A stretch of 61,280 nucleotides of DNA, filler included, from Porpidia crustulata (GCA_964255105.1; 4 parts of 4 records of this genome joined end to end with filler, not necessarily neighbours in it); one strand, 5' to 3'; positions 38,466-50,457 are shown, counted from the first letter of the whole stretch. Made by a program: numbers and translations. The notes: a model not told the origin generated them from the sequence alone.

Positions 38466-40406
38466 ATGATGAGAGTCTCATGTTTGTGGTACTTCGTAGC
38501 TTGTCCAGTGGTATTGGCAACGGTCCTCCCCCAATCTTATCATCGAATAGAACAGCAGTACCTCTTTCCGAAGCAAGGGGACTTTGAAGATGGCCGGAGA
38601 AAGTACGTGCTTCCTGTGTTCGATGCTACACCTTCGGAACGAGCAGACCAGATTGAGCGCAATCGAGAAGGGTATCTATATGGCGCTTCTCGGCTAGGAA
38701 ATACTTCGTATTTTCCCACCGGTCTGCTGGGAGATGCAATGGTTAAAAGAGACGTTGACCGCTGGTACGAGGATGCAGCATGGGTTTCAGTGAACGTGGA
38801 GAAGGAGAGTCAATTAGCTGCCGCCGCAGTGGCTAGAGTAAGAAACATCCCATCGATCGAATACACATGGACACTTACTGTACCAGGGTGGAGGCTTGCA
38901 AGATCTTTCGAGCTTCGACCGACTGTATGATGATCAGTGGGAGCTCACCTTGCCCAGCGGGGTTGCACCTGGAGCCCAAACGAATTACACTCAGGATCTG
39001 TTCTTCTCCATGGAGCGACTTTCCGTAAATCCATATGTTGTAGAACGGATACATCCCCAGACTAAGGGACTTCCATTTGCGATTGAAGACTCTGTCGTTT
39101 CTCGCATAGCTGCTGGGATGACTCTGGAAGCCTTACATGCAGCCGGTCGACTGTTCTTGGCTGATCATTCTTACCAAGCCAGATATCCCAAGACCCAGGG
39201 TAAGTACTCGGCAGCCTGCAGTGCATACTTCTATATACACCCCCAAACAGGTGATTTCCTTCCATTGGCAATCAAAACAAATGTGGGGAGCGACTTGATC
39301 TATACACCGCTTGATGACGAGAACGATTGGTTGTTGGCCAAGATGATGTTTAACATGAACGATCTATTTCACGGCCAAATATTTCATCTTGCCAATTCAC
39401 ACGCGGTGTCCGAGGCTGTGCATCAAGCCGCATTACGTACACTCAGCGAGATGCATCCCATCAGAGCTTTCTTGGACCGTAGTAAGTTTTTTTCTGTCGT
39501 CCCTTATAGAGTCTTAGATTGATTTTTGCCACTATAGTCATGTACCAGGCATACGCTATTCGACCTGTGGGTGAGCAAGTGTTGTTTAACCCCGGCGGCT
39601 TTTTCGATCAATCGTTCTGTCTGAATAATGAAGCTGTCCGCCAATTTGCGACCGAGTATTATCCTACGGCTGCAGGGCCCTTTCAAGCCAATTATCTTGA
39701 AGAAGATTTGATTTCTCGTGGTCTTGTTCACTGCCCATATGGTCCAGCTCTCAAAACCTTCCCATTTTATGAAGATGCAAGACCCATATTTGCCGCGTTG
39801 CGCCGGTTCACCGATGCTTATCTCCGCGTTTACTATCCTTCGGAAGACTTTCTCACACCCGACCATGAATTGCAGTCATGGATCGTGGAGGCAAACGCCG
39901 CAGCTGGGGTCATAGACTTCCCCGACTCGCCGCTCGTCGCACGAGATGTACTCACATCGATCCTCAGTCACGTCGCCTACCTTAACGGTGTCAGTCACCA
40001 CGCACTCAACAGTGGTACACCGGCTTCAACTTCTGGAGTGCTGCCCTTCCACCCAGCAGCCTTCTATGCGCGGCTGCCTACTGCAAAGGGAGTCGTTAAC
40101 TCCCTGATGCCATTCCTTCCCAACATGACCGATGCCCTCGGCCAGATAACGCTTTTGATCCGGTTCAACCGGCCGAAGCTTGAAGAATCAGGTGAAAATC
40201 TTGTCCATATGTTTTCAAGCCCCAATTTTATAGGGTACGGCTCTGCTGCTGTGGTCAGTGCTGCGAAAGTTTTCGAAATTGAGATGCAAGATATTAGCGA
40301 CAGGATAATGAGCAAGGTCTTCGATGACACAGGTCTTGCGCAGGGGATGCCATTCATCTGGCGTTCGCTGGATCCAAGGAAAATACCATTCTTTCTAAGC
40401 GTTTAG
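38466..40406 (+). CDS. Secreted fungal lipoxygenase, manganese-LOX-like (about 611 aa, no PLAT domain)
   Basis: Signal peptide; [19 protein letters not shown], metal ligands FHLANSH and SHHALN, and C-terminal IPFFLSV. Introns 38838-38886 and 39482-39537. Confidence 0.93.
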
Positions 40407-41106
40407 GTCGATTGCTGTTCTCTGGGTTTGATGGGGAAATGAAGGCGTTCGAGACCAGGAAAAAGCAAGGCAATGCATTGGTTTTCAGATGAGTTTATGA
40501 GTTTCGGAGTTCTCTTTAAATATTCAATGAGAAACGAAGATCGCAGTGTTATTCCTGTAGAGCGACGACAAAGTGGTTTTAGACGAAGCGGGCTGGTATA
40601 AAAATCATGGATAACTTCTTCCACAGGGGAAACTGATATGATAAATATCGAGCGTTACGGTGTAATAAGACCAGCGTGACCCCACTCTTCTGACCGGAGA
40701 GCTCCATAGAATAGAAGAAGAATTCTCTATAGGATCTAGTACAGATTGTAGGAGACTCTATTGCAGCAAGGGCATGATATATAGTTTACGCAAGAATATT
40801 GATTTGGATGCTTTGAGTTCCACCATCAGGGTTCGCGGACACACATACACACATTTTAACGTTCCGAACAAATGAAGATACTTCCAATCATCATAAACAA
40901 CGATGCATAGCATGCAGACTCAGTGTCCGAGACAGTATAGAGATGCGAAAGTGATGAGAAAGCTGATGCAATTCATCAATTAGTGTGTCTCTGCATGGCC
41001 ATCCACCCAATAATGCATTTTGCTGCATTCTGCAGACTGCATTCAAGTAGGGATAGGTAAGAGAAGGAAGTATCTATGATCAGCGAGCCGCGGAGGTGGA
41101 TGAGTG

Positions 41107-41412
41107 CGGAATGAAGTCGATAGCTAGCCGTGGTGTAGTGCAGCCTCCAACTAAGTAAATTTCGAGACGCGGAATGGTAGCGCCCTTGTTGGCGATTCCG
41201 TCCGAGACCGTACACAGCAAGCGCGGAACGAAGACGGAATGAGGGCGGAACAACGACGGAACGATGCGACATGATGGGCTGTCTCACTACCCGATATAGT
41301 TAGATAGTTGACGGGCGTCAGGGATGTCGTACCAGCTGTATGATACGGAATTATCTGGATCTAGCATAATGCGGCAGGCAGGCATACCTAGACACCACTG
41401 CAGACTGCGGAA
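41107..41412. promoter_or_regulatory. Array of CGGAA half-sites upstream of the MFS gene; putative Zn2Cys6 binding sites
   Basis: CGGAA at 41107, 41170, 41224, 41235, 41246, 41257, 41346 and 41408, plus TTCCG at 41196. Confidence 0.55.
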
Positions 41413-41829
41413 TACACCTACCTACTATGAGACTTGCTCCGCCGGCAGGCAATAATACTTGAGCCGTCACACCATATCTACTTACCTTGATACACAGAGA
41501 GTTGTGCGAAGACCATGAAAGCCCGGGGTTCAGAGCCAGCTTGCTATGAAGCAGAAAGCAACAGCAGGAGCAGGCCCACCTGCGACTGTACAACACATCG
41601 TTGTTGCCTCCCTCTCTGATTTCTGGTCTGATCAACACACGCCCAAATATACTGCTATGGGGCTCTTGCTTTCATAGGCTCACATTGACTTCTGCAATTT
41701 CTATCCCTGCATGCTTTCCTGCATGAGTTCACCTCCGCTTATCCTCTTATTCCTCGGCTGATATCCCCCGATTTCTTTCGTTTTATTTGATCTTGGCTTC
41801 CCCAAACGTTGCTCACCAAGGTCATCAAA

Positions 41830-43625
41830 ATGACTTCGACAGACACGCTGGTGAGAAGGGTACGTTTTGAGGATGATGGATCTTGTACGAAGCAGAGGAC
41901 TTATCCATCCTGTAGGGCGCCGCCCCAGATCAGGCCCCTGCCCAGTCCTTCGAGATGACCCCTTCCCCATCTCTGGAAGGGGGGCATAGCAGCACCAAAG
42001 TCGACGATGTCAAGTCGCCGTTGACGGCGTTACAGGACTGGGATGGCCCAGATGATCCAGGGAATCCACGAAATTGGAGTCTAGGCACCAAGATCTATGC
42101 AACTGCCATTCCGGCCATGTATGCATTCGCAGTGTTTGTGTTTTCTCTTCGCGCCGCCTGTCCATGTGTTGATAAGGTGCAGAACTTTTGGCACCTCTGT
42201 ATACACTCCAGGTATCCCTCAGATTATGGAGCGCTTCCATGTGAGCCAGACTGTTGCAATACTTGGGCTGTCTCTCTATTCGGAAGGCATAGGTATACGG
42301 TGTCATGTAAGCTATACATCCGGTAAGAGCTGATCAGTGAACGTAGCACTCGGGCCTATGATCGGCGCTCCAATCTCAGAAACCTTTGGACGGAAAATGG
42401 TCTACGTCGCCACCATGCCCGTCTCTCTCCTCTTTACGATGGCTACAGGCCTCGCTCAAAACATCACCACCATTCTTGTTTGTAGATTCTTCTCCAGTAC
42501 ATTCGGCGCTCCAGCTGTGGCGGTAGGAGCAGGCACCATCTCAGATATCTGGGATTTGCAACATGGAGGTGGCCTTGCCACGGCACTGTTTATCCTTGCA
42601 CCATTCGTCGGCTCGTCCATTGCTCCACTGGTTGGCGGCTACACAATGGAGGCGAGGAACGATTGGCGCTGGCTGATGTGGGTTATGCTACTCGTTGGAG
42701 GAGCCGTTTGGATCATGGCATTTTTCTTTGGGGAGACATCAAAGAAGGAATTACTTCGACGTCGAGCGATAGAACGTGGAGTGCCCTCGCCCCCGAAACC
42801 CCCAGCCAACGCAGCCCTCAAAGCCCTGTTCACGGTCATTTTATTCCGACCACTTCGAATGCTGCTCGTAGAGCCTATTGTAGGGTCGATTACTCTATAT
42901 GTCTCGTTTGCTTTCGGGGTCTTGTTCGCCTTTTTCGATGCATACCCATATGTTTTTGTGCGCGTCTACAAATTCAGCCCTGGGGAAGTAGGTCTCGCAT
43001 TCCTTGGCATCATAGTCGGGATATGCTTCGCAGTCATCACTTTCATTATAGTTGATAAAACCATCTACGCGAAAGCCAAAGCGAGGGCAGCAAAGGGTAA
43101 AATGCCTCCACCCGAAGAGCGATTATATATTTCCATGCTGGGGTCGCTTGGTATCCCAATTTCGTTATTTTGGTGAGTTTTGCCTTCCTCTCTCTCATTT
43201 GTATACAGAATTCATATCAAATTCCAGGTTCGCTTGGACAGCCCGAGCATCCATCCATTGGATTGTACCCGTTCTCGCTGGTATCCCATTTGGATGGGGG
43301 ACAGTTTGTTTGTTCGTAAGTAATTCCCGTGCTAATAGTTTCATTTTACTCACGGGCTATGCAGCTCGGAACAATGGCTTACCTTATCGACGCGTATCAC
43401 GCCTTGAATGCTGCATCAGCAGTTGCTGCAAACGGTCTGCTCCGATACAGCTTTGGGGCCATCTTCCCTCTATTCACCATTCAGATGTATGACAGGCTTG
43501 GAATAGCCTGGGCTGGTAGTCTCTTGGGTTTTATTAGCATCCTGTTACTTCCCATTCCATGGGTTTTATACAAATGGGGCCCGTACCTGCGCAGCAAGAG
43601 CTCGTATGAGATGGGAAATTTCTAG
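41830..43625 (+). CDS. MFS multidrug/H+ antiporter (DHA1 family)
   Basis: DWDGPDDPGNPRNWS, GPMIGAPISETFGRK, GAGTISDIW, PEERL and YLIDAY..AASAVAAN. The start exon is approximate. Confidence 0.92.
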
Positions 43626-44580
43626 TGAAATTCTTGACGAATTCATCCAGAATGGTTACTAAGGGTATTGGAGGAAGCATTAGGACAAGGGATACTTGGA
43701 CCAACCAGTATTGGCAGCTGGGAAAAGGATCGGTGGTGGTGATTAGTTTGGAGTTTGAGCGAGCATACCCCTTCGTGATTGCTATGCAATGCCATGACAT
43801 CTGCATTCTTAAGATTATTATTTCGATCTCCCACTCCACATATAAAACTTCCAACATCCTTTTTAATTCGCCCAGGTATCCCAAATTCTCCCAATAGATG
43901 GTTTCCAAACCGGCAATATGACGATCCAACTCTGAGCATCATGCACATCGACTCAATCCAAGCCCACCACTCTCACACTTGACACAAGCCTCATCGGCAG
44001 TCAACCTCCCACGGCGATAGGAATGCACGCAGCCACCAGATCCCACCGGTGCCGCAGCGGCTGCAACCCGTTCGGCTCAACAAGGTGCGGCACAGCGCCA
44101 AACCATCCCTCCATCTCCATGCCCGACGTATGAGCATTGTTTGCACGTCTCCAAACCATGAACAGTGACGAATGCAAAGGAGGAAGGCAGATTCTCATAG
44201 ATTCGCACGAGTCATGAGGCCAGGCTTGATATAAGGCGAGCTAGAATGGTGGGTCCACAAGCCCTTGTGTTTATCCAGTTCCAACAGCATCGATTTATCT
44301 AGTGCGTCCGGATGAGCCTAGAATAATGACTATAATCCTTTGCATCTACGGGGAGATTTCCTTTCAGAGACGTCCACGCCGAGACTTCCGGAATCCAGAT
44401 GAATGAAATTCACCGATTGTGCATGCCTAAGGGCAACCACCAGCGCCGCCTCCACTGGTCCACACTCAATCTCTGGGGGTACGCAGGGTGACAGGCGGCT
44501 ATTCTAGAGTAGCCACTCCATCTATGCGCTCAAACGGACCGTGGGAGACAGATCAACTGAAACCTCGCAGAATAGCCCAA

Positions 44581-45381
44581 ATGGCCAACCTCAGGTACAA
44601 TGCCATGACCATCCCTTCCCCAACGCTGCCCTCGCTTACCGAATCCAGCACCGACGACTTCATCGCCGCTATCATCAAAGCCCACGGCGGCGCAGATCGT
44701 TGGTCGAAAGTCCACTCTATTGAAGTGACCTTTCAGTTTTCCGGAGCCCTCCTCGACCTCAAAGGCTACCCGGGCCACCATACCCCAACCGTCCACATCG
44801 ACACTCAGACCCCGAAAGCTATCATCCAGCGCCTAGGCGGGAACCCCGATGACCGCTGGATCTATACCCCGGAACGTTGCTGGATTGAGCGCAAGGATGG
44901 GAAGGTGCTCCAGATGCTGGACAGCCCGCGAGACTCTTTCAAAGGGATGACGAGAAGTAGTCCGTTGTCGGATCTGCAACTCACCTACTTCCTCGGCTAC
45001 GCCATGTGGAACTACCTCATTGCGCCGTTCTTCCTCATCCGCCCGGGCTTCTCCGTCAACGAACTCGGCACGCACACCGAGTACGACGAAGTCTGGCGCG
45101 TTCTGGAAATCACATGGCCTGATGACATTCCCGCGCACCACCGGACGCAAAAGTATTACTTCGACACCGAGACGTTCATGTTAAGGCGGTTCGATTATGT
45201 TGCCGATGTATTTCAGGCACATGCGAGTCACTATTGCTTCGATCCCAAGACATTTGCCGGGATTGTGGTACCGACGATGCGGAGGGTTGTCAGGAGGGAC
45301 CCGGAGACTGGCAGGGTGTTCTTTCACGGGCCGACATCATTCCTATTAGATTACACCGACGTGATTGTGCGGGAGGATTGA
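44581..45381 (+). CDS. Intronless conserved hypothetical protein resembling a bacterial/fungal AHGGxxRW family
   Basis: IKAHGGADRW, YFLGYAMWNYL..PF, WRVLEITWP..I..H...QKYYFD, LRRFDY..DV and GIVVPTMRRV. Strong C/G third-position bias. The start may be 44581 or 44605. Confidence 0.8.
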   Translation: MANLRYNAMTIPSPTLPSLTESSTDDFIAAIIKAHGGADRWSKVHSIEVTFQFSGALLDLKGYPGHHTPTVHIDTQTPKAIIQRLGGNPDDRWIYTPERCWIERKDGKVLQMLDSPRDSFKGMTRSSPLSDLQLTYFLGYAMWNYLIAPFFLIRPGFSVNELGTHTEYDEVWRVLEITWPDDIPAHHRTQKYYFDTETFMLRRFDYVADVFQAHASHYCFDPKTFAGIVVPTMRRVVRRDPETGRVFFHGPTSFLLDYTDVIVRED

Positions 45382-45954
45382 ATGCGATGGGACTTGCTAC
45401 CTTGTCTGGCACGATAGAGAAGAAGATTTGCATCTTGATGCTGTGGATCATCACGCCCGGAACAATTACACGTACAAGGACAGCCGGCGATTACCAGGCA
45501 AGCACGACTGCAAAAATAGGTTTCAAATTGGCCGCAGCAGGATCAATGACCAATACCAAGGCCCAAAAACTCGGAAATCCCTCCCTACTAATCACTACCA
45601 ATAGCGAGCCAGAGAAACAATACCATACAGTCAGCACCCAAGATTATACCAATTCGCCCCCTTCTTAAGCCTCGATTCTAAAACCCTCATACAGTTTCCC
45701 CTGTCAATTGTCCTTTTCTGATCTATCACTTGACATCCCGGATAATCTCTATAAGTGCCCACGCATCGCGCAGCGCGCAACCGATCCATCTTTCACTTTA
45801 TTAATACATCCCTTTACTATCTTTATCTCTCTACCGCATACCTCTTATGTGGTCTTGTTCGTTTTATCACTAGAAACAAATTTCCGGTTTCTTTCATCTC
45901 ATCACGTCACCCTGTTACATGCCCCTCATCAATCCCTCATCGCCCTCCCACCAT

Positions 45955-46054
45955 NNNNNNNNNNNNNNNNNNNNNNNNNNNNNNNNNNNNNNNNNNNNTT
46001 AATTAATTAANNNNNNNNNNNNNNNNNNNNNNNNNNNNNNNNNNNNNNNNNNNN
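45955..46054. other. Artificial contig spacer
   Basis: 44 N + TTAATTAATTAA + 44 N. Confidence 0.98.
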
Positions 46055-46567
46055 CCTCCAAAAGAGTATAGCGCCACCTAGGGATGCGGCTCAGGGGTGT
46101 CTGTTGCATTTGCCGCCTAGGCGGGACTTCTTGAAAACGTCCTTGCCAAAACTAGATCGACGAGCTGAATCAATATAGTTATTTAGAAAATTGTAATTAA
46201 GATCATGAATTGCATTTACTATTCTGCGCAAAGAAAGTTCTTGAAATCGTAATTTCAAACGTTGAAGTCGGATCTGACACACGCACTAACCTAGGTAACG
46301 ACTGGCTAGGACGTCGACAGCGAGCTGTGTTTATTCCCCTAAGGATTTTGCCTAACTGGAAAATCTCGAACTTGACCCGCTTGGGTTGGTTTCAATCAGT
46401 GACGCACCGATGTAAGAAACAAATAAATAATGAATGTGCAAGTACCGAGAGCGTAAGGAACAGACGTAAAAGTTGAAAATATTGCCCATTCTTGACATGA
46501 TATATCGTAGACCGCACCGTGGTCGTGATAATGATCTGTTAAGAAAAAGGATTAAGTTCTCTAAAGA

Positions 46568-49500
46568 TCAATGACCAGCAGCATACATATTATCATAGGT
46601 ATTGCCGCTGCTATATCCAGATCCTCGTGATCGTTTTCTCAGATTAGCTAAATAGCATCGGAATCGTGCTGTTTTGGAACTTTTCCTTTCGTCTGTAGCT
46701 GAAGTCGCAGTATTCTTGTCTGATCGAGTCTCTGCCAATTCGGATCCTTTGTGGAGGTTGAGTTGCCATGAGGTTACCGATGCTGGCACTGTTGGAGATG
46801 CTGATGAAATGTCTCGATCAAGGGCTCCTCGAGCGCCTACAGTAATATGCTTTTCCATGGTTGTTGTGGTGGACGATGCGTTTGCTTGTTCATGCGTGCC
46901 TGCTTGCTTAGGGGAACCCTCTTTGAGCTCTGTTAAAGGCTGTTTGACTATCTCTTGGGCGGGTTCGTGCATTTTTATCCGTGCAGAGTCCCCGATATGC
47001 TGTGCCATTATTTTGTCAAGAATGAGTTCGTGAATCGTTCTCTGTTCTTCACTCATCTTCTCAGCCGGCTCGAAGTCAAGTTCTTCAATACTGGCGCTAG
47101 AGTCGAGGAGTAGCTTCACTGCTGATAGGTTATTGGTAGCTACTGCTGCTTGCAATGGATTTCTAAAGATTCCAGCACGCAGATTGACTTTTGCTTTGCG
47201 ATCTATGAATAAAGCCACCAGGTCTTTCTGACCGGTAAATGATGCCTGCTGAAGCGGACTTCCAAAAAGACCGTCCTCAGCATCAACATTCGCACCCACA
47301 TCTAGCAGTCGCACCACGATGCTTTGTTGTTTCGTAGCTATGGCCATCTCTAGAGATGTACTCAATATCTCTTCGCTAAAGTTCGAGCAGCGGCCATTAT
47401 TTAAGAGAATATCTAGAATACTAGTCTGTCGATGAAGTATGGCTGCTCGCATTGCATTGCCAAAGATCCCTCCTGTTATATTGATGCCAGCATTGCGGCT
47501 CAAGAGCAGCTTCACTGTGGCCTCTTGGCCAGCTGACGCGGCAGCTTGTAAGGCAGTGCCGTAAAATCTACCCCGAGCATTGACTAATGCACCTGCACTA
47601 TTTGTGTCAAGAATGATTCGGACTGTCTCAATTTGACCACTTGAAGCTGCTTCGCGGAGTGCACGTGCGCTGGAAGCTGCATTTATTTCTTTATCACGTA
47701 GACTGGTTCGAATTTGATTGACATCTCCTGTAATGGCAGCATTAATCAATCTATCTTCTGTAACCTTAGTGAAAGGTGAACTTATATGTTCGCCTATCTG
47801 GACATCATCCTTCGGGCCTGGCCATGATCTGAAGTTCAGGTATTCAAGCCAAATTATTGGTTTTTCTGACCCAAGCTCAGACTTCTCGGGATTTCGCAAG
47901 GCCTCGACGTTTTTTAGCAATTGCCAAGTCCGTATTGTAGAAGGGTTGTCATCTCCAAGAATCCTCTTTTGCTCTCGGTGCGCAAGGCTCAGTAATTCTT
48001 CGGCATCTTTGACGTAACCTTGTAGAGCATAGACACGCCCTAGGCTGCTCATGGTCAATAAAGTGTCTGGATGACTGGCCCCTGGCGTTCTTTTTTGGGC
48101 CTCAAAGATGTCGTGAAGTTGCACGGCCGCATCGTTATCATGACCGGGGCCGCAAATATAGTCAGTGAGTCTCTGAGATATACGCAAAAAATCTGGATGA
48201 TTTCTGCCAAGAGCTTGGCCCAAAGCGCGAAGAGCGTGACGGGTTATAACTTCAGCAGCTGGAAGATCATTCTTTCTCGCCATGATCATGGCAAGATCTG
48301 ACATGCGGTTGAGAGTGAATGGATGCCCTTTTCCGTACACGGATATGGACATCCGTACGACGTCACAAGCGATTGATTGCGCAATGTCATACTTTCCACA
48401 ACCTAAGAACAATTTTGCCATCACGTCCATGAATTTCACCTGTGGAACTAGTTCCGGATCATTAGAACAATCAGAAGCTGAGCCTTCGAGCGCGTCACGC
48501 AAGAGACTATAGGCGGTCTTTCTCTCTCCTTGGTAGATCATAGTCAGGGCGAGATTACCGCAGCTAAGTAGTGTGGCAAAACTCCGCTTCCCAGAAACTT
48601 CTATCCGAAGATTCAATACCTCGTTCCCAAGATCGTGAGCAGCTTTGTAGTTGCCGCGATCTCGAAGTAAGAGCGCCCGTTTGTCACGACAAAATAAGGT
48701 TAGATGGTGCGTCGCCCCGAGGGAATCTTCATATAGCTTAGCAGCACCAGTATACTGATCCAGTGCTTTGTCGTAATAGCCTTGATCTTCAAGCATCAAA
48801 GCAAGCCGGCCAGAAGTCCTGGCCTCGGGGCTACCCTCGCTTGAAGCGACAAGTTCTTCACAGCCATCCGGGGTGGTAGGGAGATTCCTCAAGCGGCCAT
48901 CGAGGGGGCCTGACAGAGAGCGTCTCATGAGAACTTTGCTATCTTCTGCTAGAAAACACATCATTCTCAGGCTCTGTATCACAGTTTGATATCGCATATC
49001 TGATGGCGTTGAATATTTAGTCATATCCATATGGTTTACCTCAAGAGCAGTAGCATCGCATCCGGGTATGACTGCGTGCTGTTTCTCCACAAGCTATATC
49101 TGTTTGTCAGGAGAAGAAACTTGATTATGATCAAAGAATCGAGAGGACATACAATACCAACCTCGTCAGTCGGTAGTGTTTCGTAGAAGCACACGATTCT
49201 TTGGGCAAAGGATTGTTCAGGTATCCATTTAGTGAAATCAGAATTGATAATCCCAAGCTGGCGAGTATTGCCGATACCGCTAAGGGTTGACGGTGTCATC
49301 GGATTCAATGTCTTGTCGATCGCACCCAAAAATTGCGTCCAATTCTTCTCACCAACGCCAAATTGTGGCAGTCCAAGGAAAATGATACCACATACGGAGG
49401 TACGTAAACGGTCATTAGCTCTCTGCAGCGCATCCTGAAGGATGACGCCCCCAAGACTGTGTGCAATAAAGATGACAGGACGTCCGGAATTTTCTCTTTG

Positions 49501-49779
49501 CTTTTCGACGGTGCAAAGAAGTGACTGTACCCGAGACTTGATTTGATCGTGATGCAAGTAAGTTCTCACATCAAATCCGCAGGTCCAGATCTGAGCATTG
49601 GGAATATCCTTGGGTAAAAAGTCCTGTAGCCATGAACGCGAGGATTGCGGTTGATTACCCCAGGTAGTCTGCCAGCTGTGATTGAGACCATGAATGGCAA
49701 TTACATCGAATCGTACTTCACCAGCAGCAGGTTCAACCACAGACTCAAGTTTATCCAGGTCCCCGAAATTCAGAGCCAT
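46568..49779 (-). CDS. SesB-like alpha/beta hydrolase + TPR repeats + ankyrin repeats; NLR-like but no NACHT/NB-ARC
   Basis: IAIHGL, WLQDFLP, FIAHSLGG, CFYETLPT and NHMDMTKY; intron 49094-49152. Kinesin-light-chain-type TPRs (LGxxHPxTL) and ANK repeats (YGTALQAAA, FGSPLQQAS, FRNPLQAAV). Confidence 0.85.
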
Positions 49780-50457
49780 TACATGGATAGGAAGACAGCC
49801 CGAACACCGCTGGGTAGCAGATCCGTTTTTTATTGTCAAGCAGATACCTCAAACAGCCCAGAGAAAGGGCGCTTATTGGAATGCAACGTTCATATTCAAT
49901 TTGGAATTTTGGATTCCCGGTGATAGAGGATGTGCATCGCTCTTAAGACCCAAGCCGAGACGTCAGACTCGACCATGATGGGTGCCGTCAGCTTCAAGAA
50001 CGTGACTGTAACATAAAATCAGAAGTGGTGTAACCGCGGGTGGTTGGTGGTGTGGTGTGGTGCGGAATTACTCGTGGGCACCTAATGCCCACGATTAGGT
50101 GGTTGGTCAACGTCGTCGTAAAGTAGCCTCGGTAGCGTAAGTTGCACAAGGAGGCACGGCGTAGACGTAGAGACGTTCCAAGTCATCCTTATCCTCAAAA
50201 GGGTCTTGTTGAGCCTTGGAGTGTGCCATCCACCTCGTACGAATGCCTAATCAGTTGCTACAAAGTAATCCAAGGCGGGGTGGGTGGGTGAAAATCTTCG
50301 CGCCGAAGCAACTTATTCTAATCCAGTATCTACACTCCCACAGTGTGCGGCGGGCGTCAACATGGCAATCAACGAGGCTGCGAGCGACGGAAGATGCTGG
50401 GATTTGTCCCATGTACATAAGTATACTGCTTGAATCCTCCGTTGGACAGTGGATATC

